Origin: Oscillospiraceae bacterium | Lineage (GTDB): Bacteria; Bacillota; Clostridia; Oscillospirales; UBA929 | NCBI GenBank assembly: GCA_009777475.1 | Contig: WRLU01000004.1 | Coordinates: forward strand, 8,582-72,581 | Length of the DNA stretch: 64,000 nucleotides | Direction: 5' to 3' | Shown here: positions 1 to 9,369 of the stretch, in pieces | Position numbering within the stretch: position 1 is the first letter of the stretch | How the letters are laid out: each line of letters begins with the position of its first letter | Translations under genes and position numbers: made by a program | Notes under the pieces: model-generated | Databases searched by the model: none | Told to the model about the DNA's origin: nothing | What the model saw: the letters and a program-made list of their open reading frames with translations, nothing else

Positions 1-633
1 CCGGATGCCATTATTTTAGACCTAGAATTGCACAGGGGCAACGGCAACGGCATTTCCTTCCTCGTGGCACTAAAGAGCCTCACTCTGCCGGTGTTCCCTT
101 ACATACTTGTAACCACCAACAATATCAGCAGCATTACCCACCAGCAGGCCAGATCGTTAGGCGCGGATTTCGTTATGCTGAAAAGCCAGAATGATTACAG
201 TGCCAAAAGCGTTATTGAATTCCTCCAGGTGCTTAAATGCACTATTCATGCTTCACAAAAAAAACGGGGAGACTTCCAAGAAAAAAATGAAACGCCCGCA
301 GAGAGGAGGCGGCGTCTTGATGTGCGTGTTGCCGCCGAGATAGAGTTAGTTGGAATCAGCCCCAAGGTTTTGGGTCGTAAATATTTAATTGAGTACATCG
401 TGTTGCTTTCCGAGGGCAGGACTGAGGGCATTGTAAAAACGATTTCTGAAAAACATATGAAAAATCCGCCAGCTGTTGAACGTGCTATGCAAAACGCAAT
501 CTCCAACGCTTGGAGCAGCTGCGATATTGAAATTCTTCAAAGGTATTACACGGCACCCATAAGGTCTGACAAGGGAGTTCCGACATTAACTGAGTTTGTA
601 CATTATTTTGCCAATAAAATAAAAATGTCATAA
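1..633 (+). CDS. Spo0A-like response regulator (receiver tail plus Spo0A_C-type DNA-binding domain); 5' end outside window
   Basis: Frame 1 is open from base 1 (PDAIILDLEL...), so the ATG at 28 is internal. The C-terminal half aligns with the Spo0A C-domain (AVERAMQNAISNAW and PTLTEFVHYFANKI versus canonical SRVERAIRHAIEVAW and PTNSEFIAMIADKL) but is clearly diverged. Confidence 0.7.
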   Translation, partial: PDAIILDLELHRGNGNGISFLVALKSLTLPVFPYILVTTNNISSITHQQARSLGADFVMLKSQNDYSAKSVIEFLQVLKCTIHASQKKRGDFQEKNETPAERRRRLDVRVAAEIELVGISPKVLGRKYLIEYIVLLSEGRTEGIVKTISEKHMKNPPAVERAMQNAISNAWSSCDIEILQRYYTAPIRSDKGVPTLTEFVHYFANKIKMS

Positions 634-788
634 AGATATTTTATTCCAGTGTTTCATCTTGCAAGCAGAGGCTTGGGCGGAAGTTTTAGTAGCTAAATTA
701 AAAAATATTAGAAATACTTGGTATTGGGCATTCGGTAATATCGCGGAGGCTTGAAAAATGATCTGAGAATGAAAAGGGAGGACTTAGC

Positions 789-2063
789 TTGAAAAGCAGA
801 TTGTCAACGATTTCCGCAGTCTTGTGTTTTTTGCTGATTTTGCCTTCGTGCAATTTCGGCGGCAATCAAGGCAAGGATGTTTTTGTCTATTATTTAGAAA
901 ACTCTAACAAGGATGAGATTTTCGTACCTGTAGCCTTTACCTTCGATGAAACATCGGAGGCTTGGGAGCAAGCGTTAGATGCCTTGCTGAAGCCTCCTGA
1001 GGATGATTCATTGCGTTCGGCATTCCCTCCGGGGAGCAAAATAGATAAGGCTTTTTTTTCAGAGGGGATTGCCTTGGTCAGTGTTTCATGGGAAAGGCCC
1101 CCTGATGGATTAGGTCTGACCTTAGCAAAGGCCTGTCTTGCAATGACACTAACCGGCTTTGAGCAAATAGAAGGGGTAAAATTGCTCTCCGGCGATGAGT
1201 CGGCAAACGATGTCAGGGCGTTGTCGCCATCTGATTTTATACGAGGTCAATTGTCGTTTTTAAGCACAGAGCATGAGTTCACATGGTATTGTACCGACAA
1301 AGCATCAACCTACGCACATCCAGTTAATATGACATTGATTTTGAAGGACAATGAGCCAACGGAAAAATATATTTTAGAAGAAATTCTATCTGCTCCGGAT
1401 CCCTCTTCGGGACTTGTATCCGCCATCCCCCCCGGTACAAGACTTTTGTCTGTATCAACTGAAAATAAAATTTGTACTGTTAATTTCAGCAATGAGTTTT
1501 TATCTGATCCAGATATGACGCAAGCACGCATGACCCTATGCTGTCTTGTACAATCCCTGACGGCACTGCCCCATATCAATGCTGTTTGGTTGTTGGTGGA
1601 GGGTCAGCCCATCAATGAGTACGGAGGCTGGCAGACAGCCCTGCCCATGCGGGCCGACCCATTTATACTAAGCTCCGTTCCCGGCGAGGCAAAGCGTGAT
1701 TTTGGTCTTTGGTACCCTGTTGGCCAGGAAATTGTCCGGGTTTCTTTCTTTTCGTCAGATATAAATGGGGCAAAAGAGCTTCTAGAGAAGGCCGCCTCCC
1801 AAAGCCCTATAGGTGCCGGACAATTGTTGCCCAACGGCACAAAGATACTGTCGGTCGTGCGTAACGGCAAACAGTATACCGTTGATTTTTCAGAAGAATT
1901 TACACAGTCAGCTCCGGATAACCCAATGTTGACGCTGCAAGCGGTTGTGCGTATTTTAGACGACTTTGCTCCTGGTGCATCAGTGCAATTCACGGTAAAC
2001 GGTGAAAGCTTGACGGAGTATTTCGGGCAGACAGTTCCATATGATATGAAGGCTGAGGATTAG
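789..2063 (+). CDS. gerM: GerM-like sporulation/germination lipoprotein with two GerMN domains
   Basis: TTG start 7 nt after GGGAGG. Lipoprotein signal peptide with lipobox (LLILPSC). Two repeated GerMN-like halves (LSVSTENKICTVNFSNEF and ILSVVRNGKQYTVDFSEEF). Confidence 0.75.
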   Translation: MKSRLSTISAVLCFLLILPSCNFGGNQGKDVFVYYLENSNKDEIFVPVAFTFDETSEAWEQALDALLKPPEDDSLRSAFPPGSKIDKAFFSEGIALVSVSWERPPDGLGLTLAKACLAMTLTGFEQIEGVKLLSGDESANDVRALSPSDFIRGQLSFLSTEHEFTWYCTDKASTYAHPVNMTLILKDNEPTEKYILEEILSAPDPSSGLVSAIPPGTRLLSVSTENKICTVNFSNEFLSDPDMTQARMTLCCLVQSLTALPHINAVWLLVEGQPINEYGGWQTALPMRADPFILSSVPGEAKRDFGLWYPVGQEIVRVSFFSSDINGAKELLEKAASQSPIGAGQLLPNGTKILSVVRNGKQYTVDFSEEFTQSAPDNPMLTLQAVVRILDDFAPGASVQFTVNGESLTEYFGQTVPYDMKAED

Positions 2064-2093
2064 AAAACAAAAACCCGGGCAGAAAACCGGTAA

Positions 2094-2122
2094 TTGCAAG
2101 GCAAGCAATGTTATGATATAAA
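2094..2122 (+). promoter_or_regulatory. SigA-type promoter candidate for the ABC ATPase pair
   Basis: TTGCAA, 17-nt spacer, TATAAA, with TGn extended -10 (2114-2116). Lies about 40 nt upstream of the ATG at 2163. Confidence 0.45.
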
Positions 2123-2162
2123 TCAGATTGACCAGACATGGGCTGAGAGGAGGAATATATAA

Positions 2163-3074
2163 ATGGATAAAATGCCTATCCTTAATATAGATGGTTTATC
2201 GGTATCATTCGCGGCATATGGAAAAGGAGCTGGGAAAAAAGAACTGAGGGTCATCAGCAATCTTAGCATAAATGCCCATGAGGGCGAAATACTGGCTGTT
2301 GCCGGGGCGAGTGGCTCAGGCAAGAGCCTATTGGCTATGGCAATTCTGGGGATCCTTCCGCGTAATGCAAAAGCAGAGGGAGCAATCAGCTATAAGGGCA
2401 AGGCCTTGGATGAAATGCTGCTGAGAAAGCTTCGAGGTAGAGAAATTGCATTTGTCCCTCAGTCAGTTGAATATTTAGATCCTATGATGAGGGCGGGCAA
2501 GCAGGTATCAGGCGACAAATCAGCTGTGGAAAAAGTGTTCGAGAGATACAGGCTTGATAAAAGCGTTTCAGGGATGTTTCCATTTCAATTATCCGGCGGC
2601 ATGGCGCGACGTATACTGTGTGCCACGGCAGTAGTCGGCGGTGCAAATCTAATTATAGCGGACGAACCTACCCCAGGCATGTCAAAGGAGCTTGCTACGC
2701 GTGCTATGAAGCATTTCCGCGACTTGGCAAATGAAGGGGCAGCGGTCATGCTTATCACCCACGACCTAAGTCTTGCCCTTGGATACACCGACAGGGTAGC
2801 CATATTTTATGCCGGCACAACGGCTGAAATCGCCTTTGCTTCAGATTTTGAATGTGAGGATAAGCTTCGCCATCCATACACCAAAGCACTTTGGAGGGCA
2901 ATGCCTGAAAATGGATTTTCCCCTATTCCAGGAAGTCAGCCTTTGGCAGGGAAACTACACCAGGGCTGTCTTTTTGAGGCTAGGTGCGACATAAAAACAA
3001 AAGAGTGCATCCGCGGTGCAATTAAGCCGAGGGTTGTTCGCGGCGGGGAGGTGTGTTGCCTGTATGCAACTTGA
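2163..3074 (+). CDS. ABC transporter ATP-binding protein, OppD/DppD/NikD type
   Basis: Walker A GASGSGKS, signature LSGGMARR, Walker B IIADEPT, and a Cys-containing C-terminal oligopeptide-type extension. GAGGAGG RBS. Confidence 0.85.
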   Translation: MDKMPILNIDGLSVSFAAYGKGAGKKELRVISNLSINAHEGEILAVAGASGSGKSLLAMAILGILPRNAKAEGAISYKGKALDEMLLRKLRGREIAFVPQSVEYLDPMMRAGKQVSGDKSAVEKVFERYRLDKSVSGMFPFQLSGGMARRILCATAVVGGANLIIADEPTPGMSKELATRAMKHFRDLANEGAAVMLITHDLSLALGYTDRVAIFYAGTTAEIAFASDFECEDKLRHPYTKALWRAMPENGFSPIPGSQPLAGKLHQGCLFEARCDIKTKECIRGAIKPRVVRGGEVCCLYAT

Positions 3075-3663
3075 GGCCCGCGGTATAAAATTCGGCTACG
3101 ATAAATCAAGGCTGATATTGGATGATGTCCTCATCACAATTAAACCTGGCGAGCGGGTTGGGATGATAGGTCCCTCCGGCTGCGGAAAGAGTACACTTGC
3201 CCTGATACTTTCTGGGTATATAACACCTCAAGGTGGCGATGTTTTTCTTGGGGGCAAGCCCTTGCCAAAAAAAGGGTTTTGCCCGGTTCAGCTCATACAC
3301 CAAAACCCGGAAAAGTCCCTCAACCCCCGAATTAAACTAAAGGAGAGCCTTGGCGAGGCATGGTCGCCCCCCGCAGAATTTCTTGACAAGGTGGGGATAA
3401 CTGCCCAATGGCTCGAGCGTTATCCGCGGGAACTCTCCGCGGGAGAGCTGCAACGGTTTTGCATTGCCCGGGTTTTTGCGGAGCAAACAAGGTTCATCAT
3501 AGCGGATGAAATAAGTGTCATGCTTGATGTTATCACCCAGGCTCAAATTTGGGAATTTATTATTAACGAAACCCGGCAGAGGGAAATCGGACTGCTTGCC
3601 ATTACGCACAGTGCTGAGCTTGCCAGAAAAATCTGTACTCGTGTTATAGAGTATGGCCAGTAA
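3064..3663 (+). CDS. ABC transporter ATP-binding protein, OppF/DppF/NikE type
   Basis: Walker A GPSGCGKS, signature LSAGELQR, Walker B IIADEIS. The in-frame ATG at 3064 (MQLEARGIKF) overlaps the upstream stop by 11 nt. The ORF-track start at 3016 lies inside the preceding gene. Confidence 0.85.
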   Translation: MQLEARGIKFGYDKSRLILDDVLITIKPGERVGMIGPSGCGKSTLALILSGYITPQGGDVFLGGKPLPKKGFCPVQLIHQNPEKSLNPRIKLKESLGEAWSPPAEFLDKVGITAQWLERYPRELSAGELQRFCIARVFAEQTRFIIADEISVMLDVITQAQIWEFIINETRQREIGLLAITHSAELARKICTRVIEYGQ

Positions 3664-3701
3664 ACACCGCACTAGAAAATTAGGCTTCCCCGGAAGGATG
3701 T

Positions 3702-4148
3702 TTATATCATATAGCTGTCCGAGTTTTCGATATTGTATTTGTCCAGTATATCCTGTAAGGTTATACCGTCCAGATAGTCGGCAATTACCTTGTACAGACC
3801 CTGCCATATCGGCAGGGTTTTGCAAAATCCCGCGCGATCACATAAGTTCGGCTCGTCCTTCAGGCAAGCTATCGGCACAAGGCTTCCCTCGGTAATCCGC
3901 AACACCTGACCGACAGTATACTCCGCCGGGGATTTTGCCAGCATATATCCTCCCTGATTTCCTCTGTTGGCACGCAGAATATTTGAAGTCTGAAGCAGGG
4001 AAACAATCTGTTCCAAATATTGCTTCGATATATCCTGCCTTTGGGCTATTTCTTTCAGAGAAACAAACCCATTATTTTTATTCTCGGCTAAATCCAGCAA
4101 CATTCGCAAAGCGTATCTGCCTTTTGTAGAGATTTTCAAATAAATCAC
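3702..4148 (-). CDS. Rrf2 family transcriptional regulator
   Basis: N-terminal (M)KISTKGRYALRMLLDLA winged-helix signature of Rrf2/IscR/CymR proteins, with Cys residues in the C-terminal half (ACL..C....C). Start is either GTG 4148 or TTG 4139. Confidence 0.85.
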   Translation of the reverse strand: MIYLKISTKGRYALRMLLDLAENKNNGFVSLKEIAQRQDISKQYLEQIVSLLQTSNILRANRGNQGGYMLAKSPAEYTVGQVLRITEGSLVPIACLKDEPNLCDRAGFCKTLPIWQGLYKVIADYLDGITLQDILDKYNIENSDSYMI

Positions 4149-4190
4149 TGCCTTTACAACATAATCAGCGATGATATTGTTCTGCCTAGC

Positions 4191-5408
4191 CTAATACCGA
4201 TTATCAAACAACCGTGCCGACTTTTTTTCGCTCCTCGGCAGCTCTCCTATACCAACTGCCTTTGCGTTGGGGGTGATTCCGATTTTTTTCTTAAATTCTT
4301 GCCTGACTATTTTTTCTAGTGCAGTTTTTTCGTCTTGTTCGGTTTCAAAGAACAGCGTCAGCACATCCACTCCGTTTACATGGTCAATCATTATTTGATA
4401 CTCACTGCTTACACCGTTTACCGCAGACAAAACCTCATCTGCCCTTGCAGGGTAAATCATCGCCCCCCGGACCTTAACCATGTCGTCACTGCGTCCGATA
4501 ATAGAGGCAATCCGGGGATGGTCACGACCGCATTCGCATTTGCCGGGAATAATCCTTGTCAGGTCGTGTGTACGGTATCGGATTAGCGGCGCACCCTCCT
4601 TTTCCAGAGTGGTAATGACTAGCTCTCCTATCTCTCCCTGAGGCAGGAGCTTTCCGGTTTTGGTGTCTATAATTTCAAAATACATATAATCATCCCATAT
4701 ATGCATCGCATCTTGCTTTTGGCAATTTATAGAAATCCCTGGTCCATAAATCTCAGTTAACCCATATATGTCATACAACTCAACGCCTAGCTCCCGAGCA
4801 ATGCGGTCACGCATTTTTTCTCCCCAGCGTTCAGATCCGATAACCCCTTTTTTGAGATGAATTTTGCCACGCACACCGCGTTTTTCAATTTCCTCCGCCA
4901 ACAAAAGAGCATAAGAGGAGGTGGCGCACAAAACTGTAGACTTCATATCTATCATCATCTGAATCTGCCTGTCTGTGTTTCCCGGCCCCATTGGCACAGC
5001 CATAGCACCAAGAAGCTCACAGCCTGCCTGAAATCCTATACCCGCTGTCCACAGTCCATAGCCAGGTGTTATTTGTATACGATCCAAGCTTGTAACCCCC
5101 GCCGTTTCATAGCAGCGTTTGAACATAATTGCCCAATCATTCACATCCTTTTGGGTATAAGGGATAATAACAGGAGTCCCGGTGGTGCCGCTTGAGGAAT
5201 GGATACGCACAATTTTTTCGTCAGGTACAGCCTGAAGCCCCAACGGATATGCCATGCGTAAATCCTCCTTACCGGTAAATGGGAGGGATTCAAATTCTTG
5301 CATGGTCTGAATCCCGGCGGCATCAAGGCCGGCAAAGCGGACCTTATAGAACTCGCTGTTCTCGGCACGTTTTATGGCGTTTTTAATGGCACTAAGCTTG
5401 TCCTTCAT
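4191..5408 (-). CDS. phenylacetate-CoA ligase family protein (aryl-acetate--CoA ligase)
   Basis: Aligns along its length with PaaK (RIHSSSGTTGTPV AMP-binding motif, DIYGLTE, IRYRTHDLT, GRSDDMVKVRG). Its start overlaps the iorB stop by 17 nt. Confidence 0.85.
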   Translation of the reverse strand: MKDKLSAIKNAIKRAENSEFYKVRFAGLDAAGIQTMQEFESLPFTGKEDLRMAYPLGLQAVPDEKIVRIHSSSGTTGTPVIIPYTQKDVNDWAIMFKRCYETAGVTSLDRIQITPGYGLWTAGIGFQAGCELLGAMAVPMGPGNTDRQIQMMIDMKSTVLCATSSYALLLAEEIEKRGVRGKIHLKKGVIGSERWGEKMRDRIARELGVELYDIYGLTEIYGPGISINCQKQDAMHIWDDYMYFEIIDTKTGKLLPQGEIGELVITTLEKEGAPLIRYRTHDLTRIIPGKCECGRDHPRIASIIGRSDDMVKVRGAMIYPARADEVLSAVNGVSSEYQIMIDHVNGVDVLTLFFETEQDEKTALEKIVRQEFKKKIGITPNAKAVGIGELPRSEKKSARLFDNRY

Positions 5409-5964
5409 TGTACATCTCCCTGCCCAAGTTAAATGATTTTAGGTTTTCCTCTCTGAATTTCGGCATGGCCAATATAACCTCCAATAGTATTTCAGTACTA
5501 AACGGAAACAATCCGCACTGGGCCGCCGCACCTAAAAGGGCGGTGTTTAGTGTTTTAGCGCATTGTTCTTTAATCGGCTGACCCCTTACAATAATGACAT
5601 TTGAAGCATTGCTTTTGACGTATTTTAGCATATCGTCCGCATTATATGTCCCTGTGACGGGGTTTACGGCACTGTCACATACGACCAATGCTCCATTTCT
5701 GGACAGATATGTCAGTCGTCGCGCCGCCTCTGCCGGTTCAAAAGCGATGATGACATCCGCACTGCCCTTAGGTATTAGAGGAGAAAAAATTTCTTCCCCT
5801 ATGCGTACATGACCAAAAACGCAACCACCACGCTGTGCCATCCCTATGGTTTCGGTCGTCCGGGCACTAAAACCGCACTTCATAGCTGCTGTGGCAATCA
5901 GCTTTGACGCTAATACCGTACCTTGTCCCCCAACACCCGAAATTAGTAAGCTGAATGCTTTCAT
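5392..5964 (-). CDS. iorB: indolepyruvate ferredoxin oxidoreductase subunit beta
   Basis: MKAFSLLISGVGGQGT N-terminus typical of the IorB/2-oxoacid:ferredoxin oxidoreductase gamma-like family. ATG at 5964 sits 5 nt after the iorA stop and has a GGAGG RBS. Confidence 0.85.
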   Translation of the reverse strand: MKAFSLLISGVGGQGTVLASKLIATAAMKCGFSARTTETIGMAQRGGCVFGHVRIGEEIFSPLIPKGSADVIIAFEPAEAARRLTYLSRNGALVVCDSAVNPVTGTYNADDMLKYVKSNASNVIIVRGQPIKEQCAKTLNTALLGAAAQCGLFPFSTEILLEVILAMPKFREENLKSFNLGREMYNEGQA

Positions 5965-5969
5965 TTTTG

Positions 5970-7769
5970 CTAGCCTCCTTCGCACGTTATAGCACCAACT
6001 GGGCAAAATCGGGAACACAGCCCGCAGCTTGTGCATAAATCGGTATCAATAAACGCTTTACCCTCCCTGGCCAGCATGATAGCCGGGCAACCGAGCTTTT
6101 TCAAGCAAAGCTTACAACCTGTGCATAAATTTCCATCCACAGATGTTGTACCATTTGTTCCTTTTTGCAGGATTATGCAGGGAGACTCAAATAGGATCAC
6201 ACGAACCCCCTTTTGTCCGATAGAAGCATGGACAGCCTCCCTGGCCGCCGCCCGATCAAATGGGTCAACCCTATAGAGAGCCGAAACACCTATTGCCCTT
6301 ACAATTTTTTCGATACTTATTTTCTCCACCGTGCCGCCCATCATAGTAATACCCATTCCCGGATGGGGCTGATTGCCGGTCATGGCTGTAGTTGCGTTGT
6401 CTAGGATAACAACTACAATATCTGTTTGGTTGTATACTGCGTTAATTATTCCCGGAATGCCAGTATGAAAAAAAGTTGAGTCCCCTATAAAGGCAAAGTG
6501 CACCCTATCCGGCTCTGCTCTTTTTAAGCCCTGAGCCACAGTAATTCCTCCGCCCATACATAGGCAGGTATCAACCATGTCCAATGGCGGGACATTGCCC
6601 AAGGTATAGCAACCAATGTCTCCGGTAAATACAGCTGAAATGTTTCTTGCAGCCTCCTTTACCGCAAGAAACGAAGCCCTGTGCGGACACCCGGCACACA
6701 TCACCGGAGGCCGCACAGGCAGGGATGGGGGTTCGGGCAATAACTCTGTCTCAGATGCACGAGTGTTTTTGAGGAAAGCGGTTATATCGGCTGACACGCT
6801 GTCAACCGTATTTTCACCGGCATTTCCTATATGCCCGGTACGCTTACCCAAAATTTTTACATTCAAGCCGTGAATCCCGCACAACCGGATCAATTCATTC
6901 TCAATAACGGCATCAAGCTCTTCAACAACTAAAGCTTCCTCCAATCCGTCCAAAAACTCTAACGCTAGCTTATCAGGAAATGGGACTGTCGAAACCTTCA
7001 GCAGCTTTACCTGTCCGCCGTTATTTGACAGGTGTTCTTTAACATGCGCGTAGCTTACACCGCCGGATGCAATCCCCATTTTTCCTGCACCGGCAAGGGT
7101 GTTGTATTCATAGCCGGAAAATTCCCCGGATAAATCATCAAGTGTTTTCTCAATTGTGATTTTATTCCGGTAAGAGAGTGCCGGAAATATAACCCATTGT
7201 TCACTTTTAGTAAATCCAGCAGGCTCATTTCTAGATAAATTATCCAAAAGCTCTACTACCGCGCAACTGTGACAAATCCGGGTAGTTGGACGGAGAAGGA
7301 CTGGTCTTCCGATTTTTTCCGATAGATCAAAGGCATCAGCAATCATAATATATGCCTCTTCCGGAGTGGATGGGTCAAATAACGCCAGCTTGGAAAATTT
7401 GGCGAAATGACGTGTATCCTGCTCTGTTTGTGATGAAATAGGACCCGGATCATCGGCAACGACAACGACCATGCCCCCGAGAACACCCACATAATTGAGG
7501 CACATCAGAGGGTCTGACGCTACATTAAGACCCACCTGCTTCATGGTAACCATCGACCTCGCTCCGGCATAAGCCGCCCCGGCGGCAACCTCTAGCCCAA
7601 CCTTTTCGTTAACCGACCATTCAACATAAATGCCTCCGTCATTATGCTTTGCCACAGTTTCTAAGATTTCAGAGGAGGGTGTCCCGGGATAGCCGGCAAC
7701 GACATTTACTCCCGCCCGGATGGCACCCATTGCAATTGCCTCATTGCCCATCAGTAATTTTTTCATCAT
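5970..7769 (-). CDS. iorA: indolepyruvate ferredoxin oxidoreductase subunit alpha
   Basis: MMKKLLMGNEAIAMGA N-terminus, TPP-binding region (GDIGCYTLG, GDSTFFHTG) and two C-terminal 4Fe-4S ferredoxin motifs (CTGCKLC...C, CTSCGLC...C). An alternative start at 7787 forms TAATG with the ecfT stop. Confidence 0.9.
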   Translation of the reverse strand: MMKKLLMGNEAIAMGAIRAGVNVVAGYPGTPSSEILETVAKHNDGGIYVEWSVNEKVGLEVAAGAAYAGARSMVTMKQVGLNVASDPLMCLNYVGVLGGMVVVVADDPGPISSQTEQDTRHFAKFSKLALFDPSTPEEAYIMIADAFDLSEKIGRPVLLRPTTRICHSCAVVELLDNLSRNEPAGFTKSEQWVIFPALSYRNKITIEKTLDDLSGEFSGYEYNTLAGAGKMGIASGGVSYAHVKEHLSNNGGQVKLLKVSTVPFPDKLALEFLDGLEEALVVEELDAVIENELIRLCGIHGLNVKILGKRTGHIGNAGENTVDSVSADITAFLKNTRASETELLPEPPSLPVRPPVMCAGCPHRASFLAVKEAARNISAVFTGDIGCYTLGNVPPLDMVDTCLCMGGGITVAQGLKRAEPDRVHFAFIGDSTFFHTGIPGIINAVYNQTDIVVVILDNATTAMTGNQPHPGMGITMMGGTVEKISIEKIVRAIGVSALYRVDPFDRAAAREAVHASIGQKGVRVILFESPCIILQKGTNGTTSVDGNLCTGCKLCLKKLGCPAIMLAREGKAFIDTDLCTSCGLCSRFCPVGAITCEGG

Positions 7770-7786
7770 AAATATCACGTCCCCCA

Positions 7787-8554
7787 TTATATATACAATG
7801 TAATCCATATTCCTGCTGCATATCCGGCAAGCAATGCACCAAATACAACTGCGTCCCTTGCACCAAATTGAGTTTTACGGTAGCTAGAACGCTCCCCCGC
7901 TCCAAAGCCTCTTACTTCGAGGGAAATTGCCATTTGTTCGGTTTTTTTAACTGACGAAGATAAAAGCGGCACTGTCAGGGGGATCACACGCCCAAATTTC
8001 TTGATGGGTCCGCCTTTGTCAAGGTCACACCCACGAGCGGTCTGCGCTTTTATGATTTGCTCCATTTCTCCGGTGAGCATAGGTATAAACCTAAGCGTTG
8101 CGGTTACGGCGAAGGCGTATTTGTACGGAACATTTAGGTAGCGCACACATGCCGAAGCTAAATCATTGGCCGGTGTAAGCATGATCATTATGCTGATCGG
8201 AAGAAGTGCCCCAAGTGTCCTGAAAATCATCACAAGACCCTGAATGACCCCTTCCTGAGCAACTATAATAATGCCATAGGAAAAAAACACTGCCCCCTCT
8301 CGATTGAACAGCACCGCAAAAAACAACAGCATAATGCTTATTATGCCGAATAGTTTAAGTACCGACTTCCCTTCATGGGCTATTCCGCTTGTCAAAAGGA
8401 TAAGCAGGTTAATCGTTGTTATTCCGGCTAAAAACCATATGTTTTGGCATATAAAGCAAAGAACACAGGTTAAAACCGCCCATACAAGCTTTGTTATTGG
8501 ATGGAGCTTGTGGAAAAATGACTTGCCCGGCACATATTGAAGAATCGATTTCAC
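7787..8554 (-). CDS. ecfT: energy-coupling factor transporter transmembrane component EcfT (CbiQ family)
   Basis: Polytopic membrane protein with the CbiQ-type ARG coupling motif (KAQTARGCD, LEVRGF). Its start overlaps the ecfA2 stop by 4 nt. Confidence 0.85.
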   Translation of the reverse strand: MKSILQYVPGKSFFHKLHPITKLVWAVLTCVLCFICQNIWFLAGITTINLLILLTSGIAHEGKSVLKLFGIISIMLLFFAVLFNREGAVFFSYGIIIVAQEGVIQGLVMIFRTLGALLPISIMIMLTPANDLASACVRYLNVPYKYAFAVTATLRFIPMLTGEMEQIIKAQTARGCDLDKGGPIKKFGRVIPLTVPLLSSSVKKTEQMAISLEVRGFGAGERSSYRKTQFGARDAVVFGALLAGYAAGIWITLYI

Positions 8555-9369
8555 GTTTTCTCCCCCTTCATTTTTCCTTTTATGGCCTCGACCATGGTAT
8601 CCACATCATAGGCATCATCATACCCGCCCAGCGACAGTGCAAGCTCTATGATTTGCGGAGGCTTCAGCCCGGTACCCGCAAGCTTTTCTGCCTTACGCAA
8701 TACCTCTGTTGTCCTGCCGTCCTCTACTATCCTGCCGTCACACATCATTATGGTACGCTGGGCGTAGTCAAGAACTATCTCCATGTCGTGAGAAACCATC
8801 AGCACGGTTGTACCCTTTTTATTGGCTGCAGTTACTATGTCCATTATTTCAATACATTCCCTGTAATCCTGACCAGTAGTCGGCTCGTCCAGTACAAGCA
8901 CCTCCGGAGCTACGGCAAGCACGCCCGCCAATGCTGCACGCTGTCTCTCTCCCCGACTAAGGTTAAAGGGATGATCCTCCATCTTGCCTGATAAGCTTAA
9001 AAGCGCGGCGGTTTTTTCTGACCTGAGTTTTATTTCATCCTCCGGCATACCGATATTCCTCATGCCAAACTCAATTTCTTTGCCAACGGTCTGACAAAAT
9101 ATTTGATGGTCAGGATTTTGGAACAGATATCCTATATGCTTTGCCAATACGCTCACCGGTGTGTTTTTAGTGTCAATCCCGGCGACTGTCACCTTCCCTT
9201 TTGTGGGCTTTGCCAAACCATTTAACTGCCGGAGAAGGGTAGATTTCCCCGCGCCGTTTTGACCAATCACAGCAACCATTTCACCTTGATTTATAGTAAA
9301 ATTTATGCCCTTCAGAGTGTTTGGTGTTTTAGGGGAATAAGTATATTCCAAGCCTTCAACTACAATCAT
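8551..9369 (-). CDS. ecfA2: ECF transporter ATPase component EcfA2
   Basis: Walker A GQNGAGKST, signature LSRGERQR, Walker B LVLDEPT, and the C-terminal ECF-type helical extension. 4-nt overlaps on both sides. Confidence 0.85.
   Translation of the reverse strand: MIVVEGLEYTYSPKTPNTLKGINFTINQGEMVAVIGQNGAGKSTLLRQLNGLAKPTKGKVTVAGIDTKNTPVSVLAKHIGYLFQNPDHQIFCQTVGKEIEFGMRNIGMPEDEIKLRSEKTAALLSLSGKMEDHPFNLSRGERQRAALAGVLAVAPEVLVLDEPTTGQDYRECIEIMDIVTAANKKGTTVLMVSHDMEIVLDYAQRTIMMCDGRIVEDGRTTEVLRKAEKLAGTGLKPPQIIELALSLGGYDDAYDVDTMVEAIKGKMKGEKT

Noticed and set aside
3337-3895. ORFs 3337..3825 (-) and 3653..3895 (+) at the convergent junction of the ABC ATPase and Rrf2 genes
   Set aside because: They overlap the well-supported ATPase and Rrf2 coding regions in other frames or strands, and they lack start signals.
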